NCBI GenBank assembly: GCA_046484865.1
Contig: JAWOID010000112.1
Location: 1-64,000 of the forward strand
Direction: 5' to 3'
DNA length: 64,000 nt
Source of the DNA: Candidatus Krumholzibacteriia bacterium
GTDB taxonomy: Bacteria; Krumholzibacteriota; Krumholzibacteriia; LZORAL124-64-63
Shown here: in pieces, positions 49,211-62,186 of the stretch
Layout of the letters: each line of letters starts with the position of its first letter
Numbering within the stretch: position 1 is the first letter of the stretch
Made by a program: the position numbers and the translations under genes
The notes under the pieces: generated by a model
What the model was told of the DNA's origin: nothing
The model's database searches: none
Seen by the model: only the letters and a program-made list of their open reading frames with translations

Positions 49211-49233
49211 GACGGGCGTCGGGGTGAAGGAGG

Positions 49234-50790
49234 ATGGACATGAAAGCCCAGCGCCTGATCACGGTCTCGAACCGCCTGCCGGTGGTGCTCAGCCGCGACG
49301 GCGAATCCGGCGCCTGGGACGTGAAGTCCGGGAGCGGCGGCCTGGTCACCGCGCTGGCGCCGGTCCTGCGCGACCGCGGCGGACTCTGGATCGGCTGGCC
49401 CGGCGTGGTGGCGGAGGACGAGGCGCCGGTCGCCGAACTGCTGAAGCGCGCGGCGCAGAACACCGGCTACACGCTCGCGGCGGTGGAACTGACCGCCGAG
49501 CAGCGGGTCCTCTACTATCGCGGCTGGGCCAACGAGGTGATCTGGCCGCTGTTCCACGACCTGCAGTCGCTCTGCCGCTTCGATCCCGCCTACTGGCGCT
49601 GCAGCCAGCACGTGCAGCAGAGGTTCGCGGAGGTGGTGCAGCGCGAGGCAGGCGAGTCCGACTTCATCTGGGTGCACGACTACCATCTCACCGGGCTGGG
49701 GCACGTCCTGCGCCAGCGCGGACTGCAGAATCGCATCGCCTTCTTCCTGCACATACCGTTCCCGCCGCTGGACATCTTCCTCAAGCTGCCCTGGCGGTTC
49801 CAGATCCTGCGCGAGCTGCTGGAATACGATCTGGTCGGGTTCCAGACCGCTCGCGACCGGCGCAACTTCGTCAGCTGCCTGCGCAGCCTGGATCGGCGCG
49901 ATCTCGTGGTGCACGGGCGCGCCTCGCGCACGCACGTCCACTACCGCGGCCGCGAGGTGCTGCTGGGCAACTTCCCGATCAGCATCGACTACGGGGACTT
50001 CGCCCGGCGCGCCGCCTCGCAGGAGGTGGCGGAGTCGGCGTGGTACATCCACGAGCAGTACCCCGAGCGCACCATCATCCTCGGCATCGACCGCCTCGAC
50101 TACACGAAGGGCGTTCCCGAGAAGCTGCGGGCGTACCGGAGCGCGCTGCGTCGCTATCCGGACCTGCGCGGACGCACCACGCTGGTGCAGGTGGTGGTCC
50201 CGAGCCGCTGGCAGATCCCGCACTACACCCACCTGAAGGAGGAGATCGAGCGGCTGGTGGGACAGATCAACGGCGAGTTCACGCGGCCGGGCTGGATCCC
50301 GGTGCACTACATCTTCCGCAGCTTGACCGACACCGAACTGCTGGGCTACTACCGCACCGCCGAGATCATGCTGACCACACCGTGGAAGGACGGCATGAAT
50401 CTGGTCGCCAAGGAATACTGCACCTGCAACGTGGACGAGAACGGCGTGCTCATCCTCAGCGAGTTCGCTGGAGCCGTGGCGCAGCTCCACCGCTACGCGC
50501 TGCTCGTGAATCCGCACGACATCGACGGACTCGCCGACGCGATCCACCGTGCCATGACCATGCCCGTGGACGAGCGGCAGGAGCGCATGCGCCGCCTGCG
50601 CCGCAGCATCCGGCGCCAGGACATCTTCTGGTGGGTGAACGCTTTCCTCGAGGCGGCGGTGAACAAGCGCCTGGAGAGCTTCCCTCTGCAGCTCGACTAC
50701 GTGCCCGACCCGGACGGCGATCCCGATCGCGACCCCGGGGCTCCTGATCCGGGGCCACGGGCAGCCAGGGAAGCCGGCGGCGACGCTTGA
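49234..50790 (+). CDS. otsA: Trehalose-6-phosphate synthase
   Basis: [56 protein letters not shown]. Confidence 0.95.
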   Translation: MDMKAQRLITVSNRLPVVLSRDGESGAWDVKSGSGGLVTALAPVLRDRGGLWIGWPGVVAEDEAPVAELLKRAAQNTGYTLAAVELTAEQRVLYYRGWANEVIWPLFHDLQSLCRFDPAYWRCSQHVQQRFAEVVQREAGESDFIWVHDYHLTGLGHVLRQRGLQNRIAFFLHIPFPPLDIFLKLPWRFQILRELLEYDLVGFQTARDRRNFVSCLRSLDRRDLVVHGRASRTHVHYRGREVLLGNFPISIDYGDFARRAASQEVAESAWYIHEQYPERTIILGIDRLDYTKGVPEKLRAYRSALRRYPDLRGRTTLVQVVVPSRWQIPHYTHLKEEIERLVGQINGEFTRPGWIPVHYIFRSLTDTELLGYYRTAEIMLTTPWKDGMNLVAKEYCTCNVDENGVLILSEFAGAVAQLHRYALLVNPHDIDGLADAIHRAMTMPVDERQERMRRLRRSIRRQDIFWWVNAFLEAAVNKRLESFPLQLDYVPDPDGDPDRDPGAPDPGPRAAREAGGDA

Positions 50791-50845
50791 TCCCGGCGTC
50801 ACTTCTGCTACCTTGTCGCCTCACCTTCACCGCGGAGGTCGCGAC

Positions 50846-51895
50846 ATGACCGCGTACGATCCCGTCCGGGCCTCCGCCTCGCTGGACCGAATCTGGCGCC
50901 GCGGCAAGGACTTCCTGGGCAGCGAGCTGCCCATCATGTGCGGCGCCATGACCTGGATCAGCGACCCGAACCTGGTGTCGCTGATGAGCAACCTGGGCGC
51001 CTTCGGCTGCCTGGCCGCCGGCAACATGCCGCCCGAGCAGTGGGCCGAGTACGTGGACCGGACGCGCGAACTGACCGACCGCCCCTTCGCCGGCAACGTC
51101 ATCACCATCGCTCCGAACTACCGGCCGCACCTGGACATCCTCTGCGAGAAGAAGGTGAGCCACATCATCTTCGCGGGATCCATCCCGCGGCAGAGCGAGG
51201 TGGAGCTGGCCAGGAGCAGCGGCGCCAGAGTGCTCTGCTTCGCGTCCACGGATTCCATCGCCCGGCGCATGCTCGACTACGGCGCCCACGGCCTCATCCT
51301 CGAAGGCAGCGAGGCGGGCGGCCACATCGGCCACGTCTCCACGGTGGTGCTGCTGCAGGAGATCCTCTTCGAGTTCCGCGAGGTGCCGGTGTTCGTGGCC
51401 GGGGGGATCGCCACCGGCCGGATGATCGCCCATCTCGCGCTCATGGGCGCGGCCGGAGTGCAGATGGGCACGCGCTTCGTGATGGCGGAGGAGTGCGGGG
51501 CGCATCCGCGGTTCAAGGAGATCTTCATCCGCGCCCGCTCCCGCGAGGCCGTCGCCACGCCCCAGTACAGCAGCAAGCTGCCGGTGGTCTCCGTCCGAGC
51601 ACTCAACAACGAGGCCATGAACGATTTCGGCGCGCTGCAGCTGCAGCTGTTGAGCCGGCTCGAGCGGGGCGAACTGAACCGGCAGGAGGCGCAGTTCGAG
51701 GTGGAGCGCTACTGGGTGGGATCGCTGCGCGAGGCCGCCGTCGAGGGTGACGTCGATCGGGGCTCGCTGATGGCCGGGCAGAGCGTGGGTTTGGCCCGCA
51801 AGGTGCAACCTCTGCGCGAGATCCTCACCGACCTGGTGGCCGAGGCCGAGCAGGAGGTGCGCCGGGTGGAGGAGTCACTGCGCGACCCTGGCTGA
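50846..51895 (+). CDS. FabK/nitronate monooxygenase family flavoprotein
   Basis: GAMTW, EGSEAGGHIG, AGGIA, GVQMGTRF, GSLMAGQSVGL. Confidence 0.9.
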   Translation: MTAYDPVRASASLDRIWRRGKDFLGSELPIMCGAMTWISDPNLVSLMSNLGAFGCLAAGNMPPEQWAEYVDRTRELTDRPFAGNVITIAPNYRPHLDILCEKKVSHIIFAGSIPRQSEVELARSSGARVLCFASTDSIARRMLDYGAHGLILEGSEAGGHIGHVSTVVLLQEILFEFREVPVFVAGGIATGRMIAHLALMGAAGVQMGTRFVMAEECGAHPRFKEIFIRARSREAVATPQYSSKLPVVSVRALNNEAMNDFGALQLQLLSRLERGELNRQEAQFEVERYWVGSLREAAVEGDVDRGSLMAGQSVGLARKVQPLREILTDLVAEAEQEVRRVEESLRDPG

Positions 51896-52064
51896 TCGAT
51901 CCCGTCGGAAGCCCGACCCGTTCCCCCAGCTGCCCGGGTCTGCCGGGGGGGCGGGCGCCATCGCCCGTGCCCTGCTGGCATATCTCTTGATCCCTTCCGG
52001 CCGGAGCGCCCGCAGCCCATCCGAGGCGGGCATTATCCGCGTTTTCAGCCCGGGGGAAGGGTCG

Positions 52065-52895
52065 ATGTCGTCGCATTTCGCTCGCTACTACCTCGCCCGC
52101 CACCGCGACGCCGCCGACGTGGTCAAGCGACCGGCGCTGATCCTGCTCATCGCCAGCCTCGGTCTGCTGGCACTGGCGGACGGCGTGCTGGCAGAGCACG
52201 GCTCTGCCGAGGGCGAAGCGCTCATCGCCGCGAACCCCGGAGATCCCGCTGCTTACGTGACCGCCGCTGCCGATGCCCGCGAACGCGGCGAACTGGGCGC
52301 CGCCCTCGACATCCTCGAAAAAGGCCGCGACGAACTGGAGCCCTCGGCGGCGCTGCTCGTGGCGCTGGGCGAGCTCTACTGGGACCTGGAGTGGACCGAC
52401 GACGCCCTCGCGGCCTATCACGCCGCGGTGGCCGCTGATTCGTCCTCGGCCATCGCTCGCTACCGGGTGGTCACCAGCATGGTGACGATCGGTTCGGTCA
52501 CCGCTGCCGAATCGACCTGCCGCCAGGCCCTGGAACGCATGCCCGACTCGGGTCTGCTGCACGTGGCGCTGGGGGAATGCCTGGAGAAGCTCGAACAGCT
52601 CCAGGAGGCGTTCGGCACGTATGGCCGCGCCCTGGAACTGGAGCCCACCCTGGCTGCCGCCCACAGCCGCAGAGGCCGACTCCTCTGCGGCATGGGCCAG
52701 TACGAGGCCGCCGCGGTCGCCTGCCAGACGGCGCTCGAGCACGACGAGAACGACCCGATCGCCCACGCCTACATGGGCGTCGCCTGCAGCGAACTGGGAC
52801 GCTTCTGGGAGGCGCAGATCCACGCTGAGGCCGCCGAGCAGGCGGGCATGAGCATGGAGTCGGTCTGGAAGCGGATCGGCAAGTGGGAGCGGTAG
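52065..52895 (+). CDS. Exported/membrane TPR protein
   Basis: Hydrophobic N-terminal segment and about six TPR-like repeats. Confidence 0.8.
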   Translation: MSSHFARYYLARHRDAADVVKRPALILLIASLGLLALADGVLAEHGSAEGEALIAANPGDPAAYVTAAADARERGELGAALDILEKGRDELEPSAALLVALGELYWDLEWTDDALAAYHAAVAADSSSAIARYRVVTSMVTIGSVTAAESTCRQALERMPDSGLLHVALGECLEKLEQLQEAFGTYGRALELEPTLAAAHSRRGRLLCGMGQYEAAAVACQTALEHDENDPIAHAYMGVACSELGRFWEAQIHAEAAEQAGMSMESVWKRIGKWER

Positions 52896-52901
52896 ACCGC
52901 C

Positions 52902-53009
52902 TCGACCCCGCCATCGACCCTGCCATCGCCACCGTTGTCGACCCTGCCGTGGGCGTTGCCAGCGGGGCCGCCGTCGGCCCTGCCGTGGGCGTCGCCAGCA
53001 GGGCCGCTG
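52902..53009. repeat. Degenerate 12-bp tandem array with a 36-bp higher-order duplication between convergent genes
   Basis: TCGACCCCGCCA/TCGACCCTGCCA/...; 52938-52973 closely matches 52974-53009. Confidence 0.75.
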
Positions 53010-53025
53010 CCGGCGTCTCGATCTT

Positions 53026-54192
53026 TCAATCAGCCGTCGAACCGGCGGCGAGCCGGGCGAGCAGGCGAACCGGTTCGCGGTTGCCGGGCAGCAGACGCCG
53101 GGCCCGCTCGAGAGCACGCCGGGCGGAGGCGTGCCGGCCTGCCTGAAGGTGCCACGCACCGACCGTGTGCCACAGGCTGCCGTCGTCGGGCGTCAGGCGC
53201 AGGGCGGCGGCGACGAGTGGTCCCACCGCCTCGCTGCGGCCGCCGAGCAGCGCCGCCCGGGCGCGTCCGTGCATCGCGGCGGCGCGCAGGGAATCGCCGC
53301 CGCCGGGGCTCGTCGCCACGGCGGCCAGGTGGCGATCGGCGTCGCCGAGGCGGCCGTACTGCAACAGCACCAGACCTAGCGCCAGCTGTCGATCGACGCG
53401 ATGCGGTTCGAGCGACCGGGCTCGTTCCAGCGCGACCGCAGCCCCGGCGAGGTCGCCGCAGACGGCGCGGGCGTCGGCCAGTTCCGCCCAGGCGCCGGCA
53501 TGGTCGGGGTCGTCGGCGGCCTTGAGTGCCGCGAGCCGGCAGTACCGCCGCAGCTTGGCGGGGTCCTGCTGCAGCCAGCCCCAGTGATGCACCACCGCGT
53601 CGAGCTTCTCCAGGACCGCGCCGCTACGGGCGAGGCTCTCCTCGACGGTCTCGTGCAGCCGGCCCGCGAACCGTACGCCCGCGAGGCGGGGGAAGAGCCG
53701 CACCTTGGACGAAGGCACGTAGCCGGGCGCCGGATCGCCTCCGCACCACCCGTGGTGGTCGGGGCGGAGGATCGGCCGCCAGCCGCCCGCCGCGCTCTCG
53801 ACGTAGTTGCGGGTCTGCAGCACGCCGGCCACCGCTCGGCCGCCAGCCGCGGCGGCCCGTCGCTCGACCCACGCGCGGAGGCGGCGGCCGTCGTCCGGTG
53901 CCACGGCCTCGTCGGCGTCCAGCACCACGATCCAGGGGCCCCGGCAGAGGTCGAGCACGGCGTTGCGGGCCGCGGCGTAGTGATCGTTCCAGGGGATGGC
54001 ATGGACCTGCGCGCCCAGGGCCGCCGCCAGCTCGCGGCTGCCGTCGGTGCTGCCGGTGTCGCCGACGATGATCTCGTCCACCCAGGACCGAGCGTGGGTG
54101 AGACAGCGGACCAGATCCTGGCCACCGTCCCGGACGATCATGGCCAGGGAGAGGAGCGGAGACGGCGCGGAGCGGCGATTGGTCCTGCTCAT
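53026..54192 (-). CDS. GT2 glycosyltransferase with C-terminal TPRs
   Basis: SLAMIVRD, DTGSTDGS, AAARN, LDADE, RLF...GRLHE, HHWG; TPRs. Confidence 0.9.
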   Translation of the reverse strand: MSRTNRRSAPSPLLSLAMIVRDGGQDLVRCLTHARSWVDEIIVGDTGSTDGSRELAAALGAQVHAIPWNDHYAAARNAVLDLCRGPWIVVLDADEAVAPDDGRRLRAWVERRAAAAGGRAVAGVLQTRNYVESAAGGWRPILRPDHHGWCGGDPAPGYVPSSKVRLFPRLAGVRFAGRLHETVEESLARSGAVLEKLDAVVHHWGWLQQDPAKLRRYCRLAALKAADDPDHAGAWAELADARAVCGDLAGAAVALERARSLEPHRVDRQLALGLVLLQYGRLGDADRHLAAVATSPGGGDSLRAAAMHGRARAALLGGRSEAVGPLVAAALRLTPDDGSLWHTVGAWHLQAGRHASARRALERARRLLPGNREPVRLLARLAAGSTAD

Positions 54193-54427
54193 CGGAAGAA
54201 ACGATCCTCTGCAGAGGGAAGGCGTTGACCGGCTCCTCGACCTTCGGCCGCCCGGCGTCCCGGCCGGCGGCGGCGGCGGGTGCGGGCGTCCTCCGTGATC
54301 GCTGCTGCGGGCCGTATTGCAGGGGCCGTATTGCAAGGAGAGTGCCGCAGACGCCGGCGGGGCCGCCCGAAGACGGCCCCGCCGGTCAGGTCGCGGACCA
54401 ACGCGGCTCACCGCCGCCGCCGGGTCG

Positions 54428-55399
54428 CTAGCTGCGGATCTCCTTCACCGCCTCCGTGAACGTCGGGACGATCTCGAAGAGGTCGCCCACCACGCCGTAG
54501 TCGGCCACCTTGAAGATGGGGGCGTTGGCGTCCTTGTTGATCGCGACGATGCACTTGGACGACGACATGCCCGCCAGGTGCTGGATGGCCCCGCTGATGC
54601 CGCAGGCCACGTACAGCTTGGGACTGACCGTCTTGCCGGTCTGCCCGACCTGGTGGCTGTAATCGACCCAGCCGGCGTCCACGATCGCCCGCGACGCCCC
54701 GGCCGCGGCCCCCAGGGCCTCGGCGAGCTGCTCGATCATCGGGTAGTTCTCCGGACCCTTGATACCGCGGCCGCCGGAGACGACCACCTCGGCCTCGGTC
54801 AGGCTCACCTTGCCCGCGGCGCCGGCCTCCACCTTCTCCACCCTGGCGCGCGGCGTGTGGTCGCCGAGACCGGGATCGAAGGTCTCCTCGGCGCTCTCGC
54901 CGCCGAACTCCTCGATGGCGAAGGCGTTGGGCCGGATGCCCACCACGGTCAGGTCGGACTTGCTGACCACGTCGGCGTAGACCTTGCCCGCGAACATGGC
55001 CCGCCGCACGGTCACGCCGCCCTCCAGGTTCAAACCCGTCGCGTCGCTGATGCAGGCACAGTCGAGGCGCGCGGCCAGCCGGGGCGCCAGGTCCTTGCCC
55101 AGCGAGGTGGCGGCGCACAGGAGCAGATTTGGCTTGTGCTGGTCGCAGAACGTCTGCAGTGCCCGGGTCCAGGCCTCGCTGTCGTAGAGCTTGAAGTGTT
55201 CGGATTCGGCGGTGAAGATGCGGTGCGCGCCATGCTGGCCCGCCTTGCGGGCGGTTTCGCAGGGCGCGGGATGCAGGTGCACGGCCCAGGCCTCGCCGCC
55301 GGCGGCGTCCACCTGGCGACGTGCCTCGCTCAGCATCTGCCAGGCCACCTTCGACACCTGTCCTTCCCGCTGCTCGATGAACACGGCGATGTTCGGCAT
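54428..55399 (-). CDS. etfA: Electron transfer flavoprotein alpha
   Basis: [39 protein letters not shown]. Confidence 0.97.
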   Translation of the reverse strand: MPNIAVFIEQREGQVSKVAWQMLSEARRQVDAAGGEAWAVHLHPAPCETARKAGQHGAHRIFTAESEHFKLYDSEAWTRALQTFCDQHKPNLLLCAATSLGKDLAPRLAARLDCACISDATGLNLEGGVTVRRAMFAGKVYADVVSKSDLTVVGIRPNAFAIEEFGGESAEETFDPGLGDHTPRARVEKVEAGAAGKVSLTEAEVVVSGGRGIKGPENYPMIEQLAEALGAAAGASRAIVDAGWVDYSHQVGQTGKTVSPKLYVACGISGAIQHLAGMSSSKCIVAINKDANAPIFKVADYGVVGDLFEIVPTFTEAVKEIRS

Positions 55400-55446
55400 C
55401 TCTCGTTCTCCCCTCTCCGGGTCCGACCTGCCGGGCCGGCCACCCG

Positions 55447-56226
55447 TCAGATGATCTTGGCTTCCTCGTGCAGCAGGCGGGCCAGCTCGCGAGCGGCCTG
55501 CTTGGGATCGTCCGCCTCGATGAGCTTCACCGTGCCGCGTGGCGGCGGCGGGGAGTAGAGCTTGACCTCCGCCCTGGCGACCGGGGGCTCCACGCCCAGA
55601 TCGGCGCAGGTGACCACTTCCATGGGCTTGGAACCTGCTTTCATGATGTTGGGCAGGCTCGGCAGCCGCGGTTCGTTCAGCCCCTTCTGGCAGGTGAGCA
55701 CCGCCGGCAGCGGCGCCGACACGATCTCCTTGCCGCCCTCGATCTCGCGGTGGGCGGTGAGCTTGCCGTCGGCCAGCTCCAGGTGGGTGACGGTGGAGAC
55801 GTGGGGCAGATCCAGCAGTTCCGCCACCATGATGCCGACCTGGCCGGCGTCGTCGTCGATGGCCTTGATGCCGAACAGCACCAGGTCGTAGGAATCCTTC
55901 TTCAGCGCAGCGGCCAGTACCCTGGCGGTGCCGAGCTGGTCGGTGCCCTCGAGGGCGGGATCGTTGATGATGAGCGCACGGTCGCAGCCGACGGCGAGAC
56001 AGTCCTTCTTGATCGTCTCCTTCACCCGGTCCGGACCGACGGTGATGGCGACGATCTCCACGTCGCCGCCCTTCTCCTTGATCCGGACCGCCTCCTCGAC
56101 GGCGTAGGCGTCGTAGGGATTCAGTACCCGGGTGAAGCGCGAATCGTCCAGGGTGGGCGACGGCTCCTTCAGGTCGATCCGGGTCTCCGAGTCGGGGACC
56201 TGCTTCACACAGACGGCAATCTTCAT
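55447..56226 (-). CDS. etfB: Electron transfer flavoprotein beta
   Basis: MKIAVCVKQVPD, NPYD..AVEEA, G.KAIDDDAGQV, NEPRLPSL. Confidence 0.97.
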   Translation of the reverse strand: MKIAVCVKQVPDSETRIDLKEPSPTLDDSRFTRVLNPYDAYAVEEAVRIKEKGGDVEIVAITVGPDRVKETIKKDCLAVGCDRALIINDPALEGTDQLGTARVLAAALKKDSYDLVLFGIKAIDDDAGQVGIMVAELLDLPHVSTVTHLELADGKLTAHREIEGGKEIVSAPLPAVLTCQKGLNEPRLPSLPNIMKAGSKPMEVVTCADLGVEPPVARAEVKLYSPPPPRGTVKLIEADDPKQAARELARLLHEEAKII

Positions 56227-56320
56227 GGGTCCTCCTCGCGGTGCTGAGCGATCGGCGACGCCGGCGAGGACGGTCGTGCCACCGGCACGACCGCAGGCGA
56301 CGCGGAACACGTTCCGCTGC

Positions 56321-56349
56321 ATGATAGAAGCACCGGCAGGGGGCGTCAA
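56321..56349 (-). promoter_or_regulatory. Putative sigma70 promoter for etfBA
   Basis: Minus strand TTGACG-17-TATCAT. Confidence 0.65.
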
Positions 56350-56370
56350 TCGACGAGCGGCCGGCGGCGG

Positions 56371-56400
56371 TTGACCCCTGGAGGGGGGAAACGGTAGAAT
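56371..56400 (+). promoter_or_regulatory. Putative sigma70 promoter for the lpd-like/glcDE/glcF operon
   Basis: TTGACC-18-TAGAAT, back-to-back with the etf promoter. Confidence 0.6.
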
Positions 56401-56540
56401 TCAGGCGTACTTAGGTCGTGGTGGGAGTTCGTGTCCCCGGGGGGGGCGCGGACCTCTGGCCCTTGACCTATCCTCTGGGTGACGCGATGTGCTGGCGCCC
56501 GCCTCCGGCGCGGGACCGGTTCTCCGGGCCGAGAGGGGAG

Positions 56541-58091
56541 ATGTCCGTGAGCCACTCCTGCGACCTCGCGATCATCGGCGCCGGCCCCGGCGGTCTGGCC
56601 GCCGCCCTGGCGGGGGCCGAGGCGGGCCTGCGGGTGGTGCTGGTGGACGACGGCGCCCTGCCGGGCGGCAACGACGCAGCGGTGGGACGGCACGCGGTCC
56701 GCGCGCTCATCCGCGAACTCGACCGCGCTGCGCAGGTCGTTTCCTCTTCGAACCTGCCGCCCGGGACGTCCGGCGACGAGGTCGAGGAACCGTCCCCGGC
56801 GTCCGGCGACTTCCTCATGCTGCACGGCGACGACCTCGAGCGGCGGCTTGCCGTCGCCGGTGTCCAGCGTCTGCGCGGGCGCGGGCGCCTGCTGGGGCCG
56901 GGCCGGGTCGGCTTGCGGGACCGGGCCGGCGACGACGCCGTGATCGAGGCTGCACGGATCGTCCTGGCCACCGGTTCGCGCCCGGCCGAGCCGTTCGGTC
57001 TGCGCGCCGACGGCGACTGCATCCTCACCAGCGACCAGCTGCTCACTCGCGAGATCTGGCCGCGGCGGCTGCTGGTGGCCGGGGCCGGCTGCGTGGGGGT
57101 GGAACTGGCGCAGCTGGCACGGCGGCTGGGATGTCAGGTGACGCTGCTCGAGAAGGACGAACGGATCCTGCCCGCGCTCGAGGGCGAGTGCGCTCGCGCC
57201 GTGGACGCCGCCTGCCGGAGGATGGGCATCGTGGTCAAGGCGGCGCATCGCGTCAGCGCGGTGAAGTCCGTCGGCGGCGCGGCACACTGCCGGGTCCTGG
57301 ACATCGCCGGCCGCGAGGAGCGGCTGGTGACTGCCGACGCCGTGCTGCTGGCGCTCGGGCGCCAGCCCGCGACGGGCGACCTGGGTCTCGAGAGCATCGG
57401 CGCCGTCATGGATCACGGCGGCCGGGTGGCGGTGGACGGCACGATGCAGACGAGCACGCCCGGCATCTACGCCGTGGGCGATCTGGCCCCCACTCCCCAG
57501 CTCCGGCACCTGGCCGCCCGCGAGGGGCTGATCGCAGCGCTGCACGCCGCGGGTCGCCGGGTGCAGTCGGTGCGCCACGACACCATTCCGCGAGCTCTCG
57601 ATACCTGGCCGCAGGTAGCCAGCGTGGGGCTCACGGCGAGCCAGGCGCGCTCCCGCGGCCACCTGGTCGCCGAGGGCCGTTCGGCTCCGGAGGCTCCGGC
57701 GGGCGTGCCGGCAGACCTGCCGGCAGGCGTGCCGGAGGTTGCGCCGTCGGCCGCCCCGTCGGCCGCCCCGGCGGCCTCGCCGTCCGCCGGCGTCGCCGAG
57801 GCCGGCGCATTCGGCAGCATGGTGCGGGTGGTCCTCGACGCCGAGAGCGAGCGGCTGGTGGGCGTGCACGCCCGCGGCGACGGAGCGGAGCGGCTGGCCT
57901 GCGCCTGCGCGACCTTGCTGGAGGGCAGCCTCTCCGATCCCGAGCTGGCCCTGGCGGGAGCCGGACCGCTGTCCGGTGCCGCTCGCGCGGCCCTCGCGCA
58001 GGCGCGGCAGTCGGCGCCCTCGGTGCGTACCCACACCGCCGCGGAACTGGAGCGCCGGCCGCAGCGCCGGCTCACCGAGGAGGCGGGCTGA
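56541..58091 (+). CDS. Dihydrolipoamide dehydrogenase-fold FAD/NAD protein lacking the redox disulfide
   Basis: GAGPGG, ATGSRP, GAGCVGVE, ALGRQP, IYAVGD present; CxxxxC and HPTxxE absent. Confidence 0.85.
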   Translation: MSVSHSCDLAIIGAGPGGLAAALAGAEAGLRVVLVDDGALPGGNDAAVGRHAVRALIRELDRAAQVVSSSNLPPGTSGDEVEEPSPASGDFLMLHGDDLERRLAVAGVQRLRGRGRLLGPGRVGLRDRAGDDAVIEAARIVLATGSRPAEPFGLRADGDCILTSDQLLTREIWPRRLLVAGAGCVGVELAQLARRLGCQVTLLEKDERILPALEGECARAVDAACRRMGIVVKAAHRVSAVKSVGGAAHCRVLDIAGREERLVTADAVLLALGRQPATGDLGLESIGAVMDHGGRVAVDGTMQTSTPGIYAVGDLAPTPQLRHLAAREGLIAALHAAGRRVQSVRHDTIPRALDTWPQVASVGLTASQARSRGHLVAEGRSAPEAPAGVPADLPAGVPEVAPSAAPSAAPAASPSAGVAEAGAFGSMVRVVLDAESERLVGVHARGDGAERLACACATLLEGSLSDPELALAGAGPLSGAARAALAQARQSAPSVRTHTAAELERRPQRRLTEEAG

Positions 58092-58092
58092 G

Positions 58093-60566
<2,474 letters not shown>

Positions 60567-60570
<4 letters not shown>

Positions 60571-62123
60571 GCACCCGCCCGGTCCGGGAACCTGCCGGCA
60601 TGTCGCACCAGGTGGCCGACCTGCTGCGTTCCTGCGTGGAGTGCGGCTTCTGCCTGCCGCACTGCGCCACCTTCCTGGCCACCGGCAACGAGGCGCTCTC
60701 GCCGCGCGGTCGTCTGCTGCTGCTGGGCGAGTGCCTGGCCGATCCCGCGCTCGCGGCCGATCGCGACGTCCTGCGGGCGCTCGATCTCTGCCTGGGTTGC
60801 CGCGCCTGCGAGACGGCGTGCCCCAGCGGTGTTCCGTACAGCTTGCTGGAGGAGGGCCGCAAGCTGGCGGCCGAACGGGGTGGAGCGGCGCCGCTGCCGC
60901 CCGGGGCGGCGCGGCTCGATCGTCGTTCCGCGCTCCGCTGGCTGCGCCGCAGCGGCGGACTGACGCGAACCGTGCTGCGGGCTCTCCTGGGTGACCGCTG
61001 GCGCCAGCGTCTCGATGCGCGTCCGGTGGTCGGCCGGCCGGCACGCTTGCTCGGCACGCTGCCGTCGAGTCCCCGGCGCGACGGCGATCTGCTGACACTC
61101 CTGGACCGCATGGTCGCCGGCGACCAGGTGTCCCCGGCGCCGGTCGTTCCCGCGTCCGCCCCGGCCGAACCCGACGCGCCGGCGGGCGTTCCGGTCAGGA
61201 CCGCCATTCCCGCGACCGCTCCGGCCAGGACCGCGACCCCCGCGGCAGTCGAGATGGATCCGGGATCCCCGGCGGCGCGGAGCGGCCCGCGTCGGCTGCG
61301 GGTGGTCTTCTTTCGCGGCTGCGCCAGCGATGCGCTGCTGGGGGGCACGGCGATGCGTCTGCGCTCGCTGCTGGAAGCGGCCGGGTGCGAGGTCGTCGTC
61401 CCGCCCGGCCAGGACTGCTGCGGTGCGCTTGCCGAGCACGCCCACGACGCACGGCGGGCGCAACAGCTGCGAAGCCGCAATCAGCCGGTGCTGAAGAGGG
61501 CGCTCGCCGGTGCCGACGTCGTGGTGGCGGAGGCCGCCGGCTGCAGCCTGGAACTGAAGGATCTGGGCGAGGGCGTGGGCGAAAGGGTCGAGGACGCGAT
61601 CGAGTTGCTCGCCCGGCTCCGGCTGCCGGCGCTGGCCGCGGTGCCGCTCACGGTGGCGCTGCACGACCCCTGCCATGCCCGGCATGGGCAAGGACTGCTG
61701 GAGGCTCCCCGGGCGCTGCTGAGGCGAATCCCTGGCCTCCGCCTGGTGACGCCGCACGAGGCCGACGTCTGCTGCGGCAGCGGCGGGCCTTACAGCCTGC
61801 GCCATCCCGACCTCGCCGCCGCCATGGGCCGGCGCAAGGCGGCGCACCTGGCTGCCACCGGAGCGCGGCTGGTGGTCACGAGCAATCCGGGCTGCCTGGG
61901 GCAGATCGCCGACGGACTGGCCCTGGTGAGCCCGTGTCTTCCCGTGTTGCCCCTGACCGACCTGCTCTGGTACGCGTGGCGGCGGGCGGAGGGTGGAGGG
62001 CGGAGAGGGTGGCGCGCGGCGTGCGGCGGGCAGCCGGCGGCGGGCCCCGATCCACCGGCTGAGCAAGCGCTCGTTCGTGCCGGGCGAAGCGCCTCCGGCC
62101 CCGGGGATCCGCGGTGTTCATGA
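60567..62123 (+). CDS. glcF: Glycolate oxidase iron-sulfur subunit
   Basis: CVECGFCLPHC, SPRGR, CLGCRACETACPSGV, CCGA, HDPCH, CCGSGG, NPGC. Confidence 0.9.
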
Positions 62124-62127
62124 AATA

Positions 62128-62180
62128 ATCGGGATATAGTGATCCAGGCCCTTGACCCGTCCTGCCGGGCTGACTATCTC
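62128..62180 (+). promoter_or_regulatory. Promoter plus candidate SahR operator
   Basis: AT-rich ATC-N10-GAT (62128-62143) just upstream of TTGACC-17-TATCTC (62152-62180). Confidence 0.5.
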
Positions 62181-62186
62181 TGTTTC

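Noticed and set aside
56541..58091. Annotation as a functional lpdA
   Set aside because: It has no CxxxxC disulfide or HPTxxE motif, and no E1/E2 or glycine-cleavage genes are nearby.
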